Origin: Nemertoderma westbladi
Taxonomy: Eukaryota; Animalia; Xenacoelomorpha
Direction of reading: 5' to 3'
Assembly (NCBI GenBank): GCA_032718475.1
Contig: JAUCBJ010005435.1
Span: forward strand, 1,417 to 65,416
Length of the DNA: 64,000 nt
Shown here: one piece after another, positions 1-13,850 of the stretch
Numbering within the stretch: position 1 is the stretch's first letter
Layout: each line of letters opens with the position of its first letter
Made by a program: the position numbers and the translations under genes
The notes under the pieces: generated by a model
The model's input: only the letters and a program-made list of their open reading frames with translations
The model's database searches: none
Told to the model about the DNA's origin: nothing

Positions 1-975
1 GCGATGCTACAAGTTTGTGATCAACTAGTTGTAAAAACAGAGGTCCATTTCAGCTTTCCTTACACGCTTTAACTGTGATTTGTTAACCTACTAACTAGGG
101 CTATTTAAGTGAATTATGACATTTTTAGTTTTACAATACTCTTCTTCTTCATTAAGCCTCGTTACGTTCGTCCTGTTTTGTATAAAAATAATTTTTCTAA
201 ACGGAGACTAACGAACTTTATAAGAATGCCTCGAAACTGTCTCGAAACGGAGAGTAACTGCTGATTTATGGCAGATGGACTGTAAACTCGTTGCGTTCGT
301 TCGTTTTTACCAAACTTCCGATTCTTTCTAAACTTTTGACGGACTACATACGTACCAAGTTTCGTTTAATTTCATCAAGGAATGACTGAGTTATTAGCGT
401 TCAAAAATTTACAACGACGACGACAGACAACGACGACGACAGACAACTTGTTAATGGCACCCATATGCTAAGGCTTCGCTCACTTCGTGGCTCACCCCAT
501 AATTTGTTTATTATTTTTAATCCATAGGTCTACCTCTGTACCTGCTACTGCATATTACCAATAATTGGGGTGTGGTTTCAGCCTATTACCTAAATAGGTA
601 TCAGCCTATTTTAACATATTAACTTAATTTCGCGAATATTTAATTTCGATATTCACCATTTAAGGTACCTTTTAAAGGAAAGTAGCAGGTTATAACAGCA
701 GGCTTTTCTAACCAAAACAAAATAAGCTAAATATAGTTTTAATGTAGGCCTACATTTCTGCATTTCCGTATTTTCATAATCAGCTATGCAGATGCACTAT
801 GCAGCTAGGCATACAGTAATACACGTTCGTGGGGCCTTCGCGCAGCATGAAGTGAGCAAAGCCTTTAGCCAATACTGTAATAACCCGTCTGCCCGATACA
901 GGTTGTTAGTTCTTATGGTAAGACGGTCAGACGGTATCGATTCTCAGTCTGCTGCGGGCTGCGGCAGTTATGGTG

Positions 976-1090
976 CGTTAGGTCCTGGCGATTTAGGTCC
1001 TGGTAACGTTAGGTCCGTGGTATTAGGTCCTGGTAGCATTAGATCCGTGGCGTTAGGTCCTGGTAGCGTTAGGGCCGTGCCATTAGGTCA
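976..1090. repeat. 15/30-bp short tandem repeat (ttaggtcctggtagcg)
   Basis: About 8 diverged units; explains the LGPG repeats in ORF 786-1112. Confidence 0.7.
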
Positions 1091-1903
1091 GAATGTGCCT
1101 ATAATAATGTAATGTCTGATAATATTGCAGCCTGGCAAATCACAAACCAAATCACAAAAAGTAATCCCAAAACCAAATCACACCAAACCAAATCAGTAAA
1201 TCACACAGAACAGCCGAAAGGTCCAACGAATCTGTACAAAAAAAATACAAAATAGTACAGTAGTAGGCCTACAATATACAGTACACTGTAGCTCTGTCAG
1301 TCTGTGGTGCCTCATGCATCATGCTGTCATTGGCAGATTGGTCATGCACGGCTGAGTGCATTTTATTGCACTATGTAATGTAGTCGATAAATAATACAGA
1401 AATATGTGGGTTTTGGACTTTCGGAGGCCCGGGCCCGGCCCGAGCCCGAGGCATGTAGTACTGTACTGTGACTGTCAGACTGTGGACTGTCTGACTGTAG
1501 TGCAGTACAGCAGTAGTGGGAGTAGCAGTACAGCAATAGCCAGTAGGCCTAGGTCTACTAGCATTCCAATTTTGTACTACCGGTACCCGTATGTTCTGTT
1601 CATTAAGTTTAGACTTCAGATAACCGCATAGCATAGGCTGATAGGTGATAGGCTAATAATAACTCATGTAAAATGTAAAATTATTGAGAATGCTGAATTT
1701 TTTGAGAGGTTTTAAGGAGTCCCTCTCGAATTCTAGAGAGGGAGACCCTAGTGATTACAGTGAAGACGATTCAACAGCTTACAGAAATGACCAGAATCCC
1801 AAAGTGGTAAGTTCCAAAGCTTAGCGTTACAGTTTGCAGGTTTGTACAGACAGTGCAGTAGCAGTCATTTTCCTGCAATATAATTTTATGTACAGGTACA
1901 CTG

Positions 1904-3555
1904 GGGTATAACTTTTGCGTAGAGGTATAGCCTACATAGAGGCTACATGTAGGTATGTGTAGCCTACATGTAGATGCACGTGTAGGGTGAATGTAGGTAG
2001 GTGTAGGTAGGTCTTTAAAAACAACAATGATGAATGAATAGGCCTACACGGGGTACCCGGACCCGAACTTCCTCGATGAGATGCGAATGCGGCGAACGGG
2101 GGTGGTACCCGGAACAACCACGAAGAGATGCGCATATGGCGGGCGGTGGTACCCGAAACAACCAGGAGGAGATGCGAATACGTCGAATGGGGGTCCCCTG
2201 AATACCCACGAGACGGAGCCTATCAATTCTACAGTACTGACAAAGGAAAAAACGACTGAACGATATACCGATACATACTGTAGATCTTATGATCCTGCGG
2301 GTTCAGGCATGGAGGCTAATGACTTTGTATGGGCCGAACGGCCCGAACCTGATGTTTCCAGTCAAGGAGGAATCGACTAACGGTTAGGGTTAGAGCTCGT
2401 CGTCGGTGTCCATGAGGGTCTGAGGATGAGTGGGTAATTCAACAAAACGCTAACAATGATACCGGACTGACTGATTGAACCAGAGTGGCGATGGTAGTCG
2501 CTGATGTATATATATTATATATATCATGTATTGATTGTTAGTAGATATTTTTTTATAGTATTTGTTTATTAAATTGTCTTCAATGTCTATATTGATAATA
2601 TTGTGTGCTGTGCTGATTTTACTTATTTTTCATTTTATAAATCTTGCTGTGGCCGTTTTAATCTACTAAACTGCCGTATCAATTTCATGATATTTTAATG
2701 GATATGCAATTTAACTTCTTCTTTCTATTAACTTTCAATGCAATCAAATATAACTGTAAAGCTATTGACTTTCGTGTTATTGTTTTGCTGTTACTTCGAG
2801 ATGGGATTTGAATCCCATCGGATTACTGATTAATTCCCATCATCGAGATGGGAATACTTTATAATGAAACAGTGTGGTGGTCCGCGGGATAGTGGGAAGG
2901 GATGGGACTGTTGCTGGTTGGTGGAATGTGACTGCCTGAAAAATTAAAACAAACAAAACTTCCAGACTTCTATATTTTTACTTTCAAAACAAAACGTCCA
3001 AAACATTTCAATGCTGAAGTACTGTTCAAGTCCCATGGATGTATGGTTGATAAACAGATAAAGAGGGGCAGAGGGGGGTCAGGGTTTCTGGTAGACTATA
3101 GTCCCCGCGATGATGGCTGTTCTTGTTTAGGTTACTCTTACTTAATAAACATATAAATCAGAACGAGTTAATCTAATGGAACGATGCCTTTCGTGGCGTT
3201 AGCATACTCAAATTTATTAGGGCATAATATTTATGACGAGTAAGGGACTTTAGTATAATCAGAACGCGATGTTTGATATTTATACAGTACTGCAGTATGC
3301 AGTAAAACCTGTTGTCTGACAGCAGACAGGTCTGCAGGTTGATGTACCGTATTGTACCGTGGAGATCAGAGATTATTGCCATACATCCTGATTGACGACC
3401 GTGTATCACGTTACTGCAAGTTGACACATAAATTACATTAATATCTATGGGACTACACCTACCTACATTCACCCTACACGTGCATCTACATGTAGGCTAC
3501 ACATACCTACATGAAGCCTCTATGTAGGCTATACCTCTACGCAAAAGATGTACCC
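1904..3555. mobile_element. Non-autonomous Mutator-like (MULE) element
   Basis: ~100-bp TIRs (gggtataacttttgcgtagagg... / ...cctctacgcaaaagatgtaccc) flanked by a 9-bp TSD ggtacactg (1895-1903, 3556-3564). Confidence 0.8.
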
Positions 3556-3617
3556 GGTACACTGCAGTGCAGCACTGGCAAACTGCTGGTGGTACAGGCA
3601 GACTGGCACAATCAAAT

Positions 3618-5645
3618 GGGGTGTGGGTTGATTCGCCCCAAGTCTATTCGCCCCAAGCAGCCAAGTCTATTCGCCCCACATTTTAGGCAGTTAGGGGCAT
3701 ATCTGCATAGGACTTGGGGCGAATCAACTTTTACTGTGAACCAGTTCGCCCCTTCCTAATCCATTCGCCCCAGACAGCCAGATGATTTTATTTAATGTTT
3801 CGCTGTATTCTTCCAGGTGCAATGATATTAGAAAGCGCAGAAATTCCAGATTATGATCAAAGGTTGTACAGTTGTAGGCCTAATCAATCTGTTTCATAGT
3901 TAAGATCATGCAAGGCTAATCTAAGTGTAAAAAAGGTGTCTACAGCCACATTAAAAACAATTCAATTAAAATATTTTAGAATGGTAAATATTGTAGGTAA
4001 TTATTTTCACTGTACTCGAACTCGAGATATTTTATTTACCGAGCATTGCGACATGCGAGGTTAATAAGGAATCTGGAGAGCATAGAACATAATTTTATTT
4101 TTAAAGTAAACATTATTTTCACAACCTTATTAATAGGCCCCTATAGGCCCTATTAGTTTTATTGACTGATTGAATCAATGGCAAGTTCCTTTCATAATGT
4201 TTTTAAAAACTAGGCAGAAATGTTCTAAAACATGTTTGTTTTTATAAAATAAGATGCTAGAATATATTATATTATATATTATTTTTATAATATTATATAT
4301 AAGTTATAGGCCTAGTTCATATCCGTACCGTTGGTATTTTCGTATTGCAAAAATAAGACTATAAGTATGAAATACCCTATGTTATTGAGATATTGTTTAT
4401 TGTTTTGGTTAGAAAAGCCCACCACTGTAACCTGCTCCTTTCCGGTAATTAAGTAATGGAGATTAGTTTATTGTTTTGGTTAGAACTTAGAAAACACCAC
4501 CACTGTAACACCACCGGTACGCATATGAACGATAACCTATATATAATATATTATTAAAACGTTCTAGAACTACATGTCTAAAAAAATATCACGTGCTATC
4601 GAGGGTCAAAATATTGTTTGTAACAAGATTTCTACTGGAATGTATTGTGATAGGTCGACCAGGTCAAAAAAATATTACGTGCAATCGAGGGTCAAAGCAA
4701 GGCCTGCAAAAACTTCAGGTTTTTCCATCAAAAATTAGGTTAAAGGTTTTTGTTAGGTTTTCGCAGGTTTTTGAATGTTTTTGCTAGGTTTTTGTAGTAT
4801 TTATGTCTGTCTGTATTTAGTATTTGTATATTGATTGATTAGATTGACCTGAGCTTGATTGCTTCATCAGTTCATTCGTTATGCTGTTATGGCAGTATGG
4901 TCAGATGGTTAGATAAATTATATGGGGCCGCAATTATTGCTCAAGATTATACTTTATACGCACCAGTATAAGCCTACAATATATTACAAAATAGATTGAT
5001 TATGGTTTTAAAAAGGGATATTAGTCAGTCCAGCAATGAGGTTTTATTGTCGGCTTAGTTAGCCTACAGCCAGAACACTCACACAGTAGGCTATAGCATT
5101 AGGCAATAACATGTATGCCTCTCTGTTTCTGTAGTCTGTCTGTTTTACGCGTGGAACCAAATTATTTTTGATCATTGGGCCTCCGCTTTGCAGGACATTG
5201 TTTTCGCCGTGAAGACCAGCCGGTTCACAATCTTGTGCTTTGGCAGCTCCATGGAGACAATAAGCATGGTGGACTGGACAGCCCATGACTTTCGTGCGAC
5301 GCCTCTTAAAAGGCACTGGCCTTGAAGACTGGAAGATGCGGATAGTCTCGCGAAAGGAATGGGGGGTAGGGATAGGGAGTTGTGGCGGTGCAACTTTGTT
5401 GACAAGCCGGCACAGCATTATTAATGCATGCTGCATTGGGCTTGCCAATTGTGGTGGTGATAAAATGTTTTTTATTAAGCCGGCATAGCATCCCAATGTG
5501 CAGTTTCAATGCAACAGGCCGATTATAGATAATGGACTACGAAGGTATGGCAAATCGGTCAACTGTCCAAGTCGATTCGTCCAAAGTCCATATGCCCCTA
5601 AAATGTGGGCAAATCTAGGGAGGCAAGTCTAGGGAGGGGCGAATC
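3618..5645. mobile_element. Possible second MULE-like element
   Basis: Subterminal attcgcccc / ggggcgaat repeats at both ends and a 9-bp direct repeat caatcaaat (3609-3617, 5646-5654); TIRs are imperfect. Confidence 0.4.
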
Positions 5646-6254
5646 CAATCAAATAATAATAATTAATGTATATTTGCGGGCTACCGTCACTACCCACTGC
5701 TGCACTTCGGTACCGCGTACCGGCATTGCCTGTGGGCCCTACCTGTCACCGGTACACATCAATTCACATTTTTCAACCATGGTGCAGTAATATTGTTTAG
5801 ACAGTGACGTCCTCATTTTAAAATCTCGTTCGAACCTCGTTTATAAATTGTTTATTTTTACTCCTTTTTATGGTAGGAGAGAGGCAGAGAGGTGCAGCGA
5901 CCCCCTATTTTATCCGGTGCCGAATTTAATGTAGATTTCAAATCTGTAACCATTTTTCTCATCTTTTCTCGAACTTGAGTTATTGGATAAAACGTAAGGG
6001 TTTGTCTATTTTTTGGCATGCCTTCGAGCAGCACGATTTTTTCACTTGAATAAGGTCATTTTCACCAAAAAGTATCCCAAGGTAAAGTTACAAATATAAT
6101 TGCAAAATGGTTTATTTTATTTGTTATATTTTTGCTATGATTAAAAATTTCGTTGAATCTCATTCATTTTGATCAAGTTAGTAGGAGGGGGGGGGGGGGG
6201 GGGGGTCTAGTTCGCCGAATTTAAGACATTATGTTCAATAGACGATGTGTGTGT

Positions 6255-7066
6255 TAGGGTTCGACCGGAGCTATTTTTTTTGCCGGAGCCGGGTACCGGA
6301 CCGGAGCAACCTAAAAGTGCCGGAGCCGGGGCCGGAGCCGGACCGGAGCAACATTGTTTGTTATTTAACCTTGACACTTGAATTTGCCGGGGGGGGGGGG
6401 GGGGGGGGGGGGCTCTTTACTGCTTTACATAATCAATTAACGGATATCTATCTGTCTATCTAGTACGGTAGTAATAGCATAGATCTACAGACTGACAGAC
6501 CTATACCTGTATAGGCCTACTGAGTACTGATATAATATAATCTATATTCTATATACGGTCATTCGGGTACTGCGACTGCCTGACAGCTGGACAGCCTGGC
6601 CGATGTACTAGCTAACTGGCAGACTGGATTGGAATGGAACTAATTCTGTTACTGCAGTACTGGTAACAATTAAAGTTAGGTCTTGTAGTCTTGGGCAGTT
6701 GGGTAAGTGGAAGACTGTCAGTCGTCAGACTCATACAGTCATACTGTCATAGGCCTACAGCTGAGCTGTACAGCCTGACAGCGAAAGACAGTCAGACAAC
6801 AGGACAATGCAACAGCAATAGGCAGATAGGCCTACAGCCTACCACCTACGGCCATACCGTAGGCCTAATACATTCGGCAGTACAGTCTGTGGTCTGCCAG
6901 TCAGCCAGTAGACATTGATAAGTTCGCAGACGGACGTCCGGTGTCTGGCTGTATGTTTGCCTTGCCTATCCATGTAGCTATGCATCGTGCAGCACAAATA
7001 CTTTTTGCCGGAGCTCCTGCACCTAATTTGACCGGAGCCGGACCGGAGCCGGACATGCCAAGTCCG

Positions 7067-7098
<32 letters not shown>

Positions 7099-7113
7099 TC
7101 CGGTCGAACCCTA
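6255..7113. mobile_element. hAT-type MITE
   Basis: 18-bp TIR tagggttcgaccggagct / agctccggtcgaacccta, subterminal ccggag repeats, 8-bp TSD gtgtgtgt. Confidence 0.85.
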
Positions 7114-7419
7114 GTGTGTGTGGTGCGTGTAAGCCAGGTAGTATAATAATTATGCTACTTCCACTAATATCATGATGTTTTTTATATTGCTATCTAAATG
7201 CATATATCTTCCACTTGCTATGACAGTATGATGTACTATATGAAACATACCAATACGCTTGCGACTTCGCTGTTGAACCTTCAACACATATGGTACCAAA
7301 TAACTTACCCTTATTAATAACCCGTCATAATATAATCTGGTGGTCAATTTGGGCGGGGTGGAGGGGCGTTGGGCTGTTATAAATGCCGTATATTTTGGGA
7401 GAAATGGGGGATCTTTATT

Positions 7420-8040
7420 AATAATAACTTAGTTAGCTATACGATGGATTGCGTACGGGAGACGTGTAGGGGCATTAGCCGGCAAGATCCAGCTGTGGGA
7501 TCAATGAATATTTGATCTTTGCTACAGAAGCAGCCGATCAGTCTCTACGCACCCCAGTGTCGGCTTATGGATTATTGGGGTGCAGATTGCAAATGCAGAC
7601 TACCTCACACTCAACTGAATGAGTCATCGGCACTTGTTTAGGACGTTGTGGTTGCCAACAAATGTTTGTTTTATGGAGTGTAAATGCTGTGACATCCCGG
7701 TACATTAGTTTCCTATAAATCGTCACAATCTTAAACTACTAACTGAGTTCGAGTTGAGTGGCACCGCAGATTGATGCTTACTACTACTAATAGGTCGAGC
7801 GAGTTCGGATAGGGGAAATTAGATCATTCAAGGCTTCCCGATTCCCATGGTTGTCTGATTTCCAGATGGTATCCTTTTTGGATGGAGCTACCTGATTTCT
7901 TAACTTCCATGTCTCTTCTGCTGCTATCTATCAATGACCCAAGGTACTGGAAGTTGTCCATTGAAGTCATATATTCGGATTTTGTAGCATTTATATGCAA
8001 TCCGTCGTGTAACTAGCTGCGTGATACCTGCTGCTTCTAC
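7420..8040 (-). pseudogene. Degenerate non-LTR retrotransposon (LINE) reverse transcriptase remnant
   Basis: Minus strand reads GLHINATKSEYM..DNFQYLGSLIDSSRRDMEVKK, matching the RT C-terminal GL.IN..K / F.YLG motifs. Confidence 0.65.
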
Positions 8041-10334
8041 TTGTGATCCGAAGAAATGAAATGCGCAGGTTACAGTAGTCTAAGACAATAAACCAAAGTC
8101 AAAACAACACGTACCGGTATCAGTTTTATTTTGGGGATTAATCAATTGTTATTTGCTTCGATTTCACTTGCTGGAGGTGGAATGAATTTTGATTGCGTAG
8201 AAACTCCCCCCCCCCCCCCCCCATCATATGGTTAGGTAATGTAGGCCGTAGAAAGACAGGGTGAAATGAAAACTCAGTTAAATTTTGATCGTGCTTTGCG
8301 AAGTCAGTGAAGTCTACTATACATACACAACACACAAATCTCGTCTCCCAAAATTTGACTTTGCAATTGCTGAGAGATTTACTTTTAACTATTTATACCG
8401 GTACCATACTGTCAGATGGACATGGACAAGGGCCATTTGTCCCTTACTAAAATGTTTTCTAAGGCTCTTCCCCTTCTGACACCGTGGCTTGCCCTCAATA
8501 TAAGTTACTGATATGGATGCACCTAAGTCAGTTCCAATAACAAAAATATATACAAGATTATTTATAGTTAGTAATAGTTTTATATGCCGCGTTATTTCGC
8601 TCCAATATACCTTAATTGTTATGATAGGAAAACAAAAAGGAAACGCCCATAAGGATCAATAACTTGTTTACGCCGAAACATTCTGTGCTCTGCCGGAACT
8701 GACTTCTCAAATAACTGTTTTTGAATATATTAATAATATATTACTTATGGGCTGCACGTCGTTGCGAACGTAAAGACAATTTATAGTCTTAGATAATTTA
8801 TTACATGTTACTATGGAAACTGGCATTTATATTCCCCTATTGGATATACAGGTTAATGCGCAGAGCATAGCATGCAGGCAGAGTGGGGCCCACTGAGGGC
8901 TGAAACAAACTTTCCATTTCCAACTTGACAAAGTTGCCTGTTATTGGTTGTTACAGATCCCTTGAATCTGGGGGAATACTTGTATTATTGAGACGCCTGG
9001 TTTCTACTTGATCTTCTTGTTATTGGTCAGTTCGGATCGCGTTATCCCTTTGTCTACAGCGGAATATTTATCTTCTGGGGTGCATTGTGTTTAGTGTCTG
9101 ATCTCCAGTGTTGTTAGCTAACATACTACTTAACTTTATTGACTACCGGTATATAGGATATTTACCGTCTTGTTTGCATCCAAATGTTGTTTAATGGTTT
9201 AGAAATCGTACAAAATGTTTTGTTACAAAATGGACTGCATATCCGATTACATACTGTTACCCTATACAACCCCTAAATATGTTTTATATTAGTATTTAGT
9301 ATTGTGTTTTGTGATTGAGTCAGTGGAATGGAATGGAATGGGGCCCCAATACCGGCCGCACTCAATTCTATTTAGTCCTTACAAGTAGTAAGGCCTCCCA
9401 CTGCCTAATTAACAGAATGATAGCCTCGGCTTGTTTGCCACAGTTCGCAGACCTGTACCTCGTAACTGATTCACCCCATTACTTATTATTATTACTCGGT
9501 CACACCCCACTGGGTACTGTTTATAGGTTGATAATGGGGCCGGTCTCATGTGAATTCTGGTTACTAATTGTTGGAGGGAACCCATACCTAGAGAGTAGGT
9601 GACCGACTGGACGGTGGTGTTATGATATATAATTGGGACACCGGAAGCAATTATTTGCCAAATTTGATATGTTTTTATTTTTACTTTATATCTCATATAT
9701 ATGTGAATGAATGAGATTTGCTGATGGGATGATCATTGTACATCCTGTTTCATGGTAATATTATCTTGAGTTGGTGGCGGCCAATACTGTCAGTTGTGGG
9801 GAGAGCCAGGAAGGTTAGCTTTTGCGTAGCGGTATAATTAAAGGTCCGTTTGATCCTGACGTCGTCGTTGTAAAGTGTTGAACGCCAATAGTGCCCATAT
9901 GACGAATTCCATGTATAATTATATTCACTTTTCGGTCGCAATTTAATTGGAATTTTATATATAAAGAATTTGTATTTTTGGCTCATGTGAAGTTTCCTAG
10001 CTTTCCATTTCCTCATAGACAATCATTAGCAAACATTAGAGATTCTGCGTACTTTCCCGTCCTGCCCAGGAAACTTCACATTGGGGGGGGGGGGGGGGGG
10101 GGGGGGGTCATTTTTTTACGAGTTCATTTTGCTAAGTAACGATATTTGTTGTCTGCGAGAATGTTGCTTAGGGGATTTTGGGTGGGAGGAAGAAAGGAAG
10201 GATGGGGAAAGATGGAAGGAAGAAAATGAAATGGAATGGAATAATATATAAATATTACTATTAATAATATTTTTAATAATACATTAATAGTATTTGTAAT
10301 ATTTAGGGTTAGTTAAGGTGTGGCAAGAGTTAGT

Positions 10335-11270
10335 TTTTGGTTAGAAAACCCCGCCACTGAAACCTGTTCCGTTCTAGGATTTTAAAATTTCTGTATCGCC
10401 ACTGTTTCTTCAGTATTTTATGTGTTGTTTTTGTTGTTTATTTTCTGTATCAGCCATGTAACTAGTTTTATAGAGTATCGCTTATTGTTTTTTTGGTTGA
10501 AAATACCGCTACTGTAACCTGTTCCTTTCCCATGATTGGAATACACTTTGTATCGCATATTACTCATACATTACTTAGTATCGTTTATTAACTAATTTTA
10601 TTGAGTATGGTTTATTGTTTTGGTTAGAATACTCCACCACAGTAAACTTATCCTTTCCCATTATTGGTGTATTTTATGTATTTATTGTTTTGGTTAGAAT
10701 ACACTGGCACTGTAACATGTTCCTTCCCCATTATTGGAGTATTATCTTTATTCACCACGACCATATAACTAGTTTTATTGAGTATCGTTTTTTGTTTTGG
10801 TAGAAAATCCATAACCTGCTTCTTTGGTATATGCATAAGGTATTGGTTATATCATTTGTGTACTTTTTTATCGCCTCTGCAACTCATTTTCTTCATTATC
10901 ATTTGCTGTTTTGGTTAGAAAACACCACCAATGTAACCTGTTCCTTTCCCATGATTGGAATACACTTTGTATCGCATAATTGTCATCCGTTACTTAGTAT
11001 CGTTTATTGTTCTGGTTAGAAACCACCGCCACTGAAACCTGTTCCTTTCCCATTACTGTATAGTATATTATATTATTACATTGCTTCTTTCCTTCCACCC
11101 AATCCAACCTTCATTCTTTGTCACTGAGGGTGGCGGGAAATGCCCTGAATAACACACATGGGCCGTATTTTTTTTCTCCTTATTAAGAGTTTTATTGCGC
11201 TTATTTTCTTCCATCTTATAACCTGTACAGATACTAAATAGTTTATTGTTTATGGTTAGATTCAACCCTT
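10335..11270. repeat. Degenerate tandem/dispersed repeat (ttattgttttggttagaaaac..cactgtaacctgttcctttccc)
   Basis: About 8 diverged copies here and 2 more at ~4395-4515. Confidence 0.7.
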
Positions 11271-12204
11271 ATGTGTCCTGGGATATTGGTCAAAACCTGG
11301 TATTCTTCACATGGGGGAACGGTGGTAAACTGCAAAGTGAAATCTAACAGCAGAAAGTCCAGTATACAATACAGGGCCCTAATAAGTCTGACAATCATCA
11401 CGTGTAGTCCACCAAATGTTTAGAAATTCTACACACAAACAGACTTCTATGGTTCCTCTGTTGGCCGCTAAAGGGGTTTACCAGGTTCACTAATTATACT
11501 GCTACGCAAACGCTCATCATTTACCAAGAATTTCACTTGTTCTGTTAGGAATCAAATAGATTCTTCGCCGCATTCGGTTATGGGAAGGATAGAAAGAAAG
11601 ACAAGTAGTAATAATAGGCTCAGGAACAGAACCCATCCAAACACTGAGCGCGTATTGGAAATGGGAAACCATTTTTATGAGATGAGAAATCTGAGTTTTC
11701 GTTAATATAAATAGTTTTCTTTATCCTTGAGTTCAACCTCTAACAGAAACGGTGTGTCTTGCATGATCCCATTAACACACCCATTGTACTGCCTGGTACT
11801 TCGTTAGAAGAATTACCCTTTGATACTTAACACCTCGTCAATAATCCATATTCGCGACATGGGTGGTACACTATTTTTACTTTACAGGAGGACACTAAAC
11901 TACCAAACCACTATTTAAATACACATCGTTGAATTCGCTTTGTATGAAACTAATCCGGATATTTCGGGGAATACTGTCTGTCTGTGAATCTGTTTTGTGC
12001 GCGTGGGTGTAGTGTTACACCCTGTAGAAAATAGCATACCGGACCGGTACAGTAGTGTATAGGGTACATAGCATTTTAAAGTTAATTTTTATGTTAATTA
12101 TCAATTGGGGGAAATTGATATGTTACACAGTGGTAGGTTATTGTAACCAATACGATTTTTGTACTTGGCGGCGTAGTTTTTACACCCGGTGAGTGCTTTA
12201 CACT

Positions 12205-13850
12205 GGTTGCGGAATGGTAGACAGGAGTGGGTATGAATGGTGGACACTGGGTGAGGTCTATTGGTCTACTGGTCCGGTGTGGGAGACAATGAGTGTGGAG
12301 TAACGAGTGTTATGTAGTGGTGGTAGACAGTGGGTGCAGAGTGTTCTGTATTGGTGTTTAGACAATGGGTGCGGAGTGTTAGGTACTGGTGGTAGACAGT
12401 GGTTGCGGTAGACAGTAGGTGTGGAGTGTTAGGAAGTGGTGGTAGACAGTGGGTGCGGAGTGTTATCTAGTGATGATAGACAGTGGGTGTGGTAGTGGTG
12501 GCAGACAGTGGGTGCGGAGTGTTAGGAAGTGGTGGTAGACAGTGGGTGCGGAGTGTTATCGAGTGATGATAGACAGTGGGTGTGGTAGTGGTGGCAGACA
12601 GTGGGTGCGGAGTGTTAGGAAGTGGTGGTATAGACAAGTGGGTGCGTAGTGTTATCTAGTGATGATAGACAGTGGGTGTGGTAGACAGTGGGTGCGGAGT
12701 GTTAGGAAGTAGTGGTAGACAGTGGGTGCGTAGTGTTATCTAGTGATGATAGACAGTGGGTGTGGTAGACAGTGGGTGCGTAGTGTTATCTAGTGATGAT
12801 AGACAGTGGGTGTGGTAGACAGTGGGTGCGGATTGTTAGGAAGTTGTGGTAGACAGTGGGTGCGGAGTGTTATCTAGTGATGATAGACAGTGGGTGTGGT
12901 AGACAGTGGGTGCGGAGTGTTAGGAAGTGGTGGAAGACAGTGGGTGCGGAGTGTTAGGTAGTGGTGGTAGACAGTGGGTGCGTAGTGTTATCTAGTGATG
13001 ATAGACAGTGGGTGTGGTAGACAGTGGGTGCGGAGTGTTAGGAAGTGGTGGTAGAGAGTGGGTGCTTAGTGTTATCTAGTGATGATAGACAGTGGGTGCG
13101 GAGTGTTAGGAAGTGGTGGTAGACATTGGGTGCGGAGTGTAATCTAGTGATTATAGAGAGTGGGTGTGGTAGACAGTGGGTGCGGAGTGTTAGGAAGTGG
13201 TGGTAGACAGTGGGTGCGGAGTGTTAGGTAGTGGTGGTAGACAGTGGGTGCGTAGTGTTATCTAGTGATGATAGACAGTGGGTGTGGTAGACAGTGGGTG
13301 CGGAGTGTTAGGAAGTGGTGGTAGAGAGTGGGTGCTTAGTGTTATCTAGTGATGATAGACAGTGGGTGCGGAGTGTTAGGAAGTGGTGGTAGACAGTGGG
13401 TGCGGAGTGTTAGGTAGTGGTGGTAGACAGTGGGTGCGTAGTGTTATCTAGTGATGATAGACAGTGGGTGTGGTAGACAGTGGGTGCGGAGTGTTAGGAA
13501 GTGGTGGTAGAGAGTGGGTGCTTAGTGTTATCTAGTGATGATAGACAGTGGGTGCGGAGTGTTAGGAAGTGGTGGAAGACAGTGGGTGCGGAGTGTTAGG
13601 TAGTGGTGGAAGACAGTGGGTGCGGAGTGTTAGGTAGTGGTGGCCACTGGTGGTTGACAGCGGGTGCGGTGTGCTAGACAGTGGGTGAGGAGTGGTAGAC
13701 AGTGCTTGCTGATTGGTGGACACTGGGTGCGTTATATTGGACAGTGCGCCTAGCCCTGTGTGGTAGATAGTGATTGAGGGGTGGTAAACCGTGGTTGTGG
13801 AGTGGTTGCGGAGTGATGGACACTGGGTGCGATATATTGGACAGTGGGCC
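12205..13850. repeat. G-rich minisatellite (gtagacagtgggtgcggagtgttaggaagtggtg and variants)
   Basis: Tandem copies seen directly; a few more units at ~14120-14190. Confidence 0.92.

Noticed and set aside
800-850. Inverted match to ~59085-59118 (gttcgtggggccttcgcgcagca)
   Set aside because: Short piece of a dispersed repeat family 58 kb away; no evidence of a single element.
9315-11950. Short ORFs upstream of the gene
   Set aside because: No recognisable motifs or consistent splice structure; probably decayed repeats.
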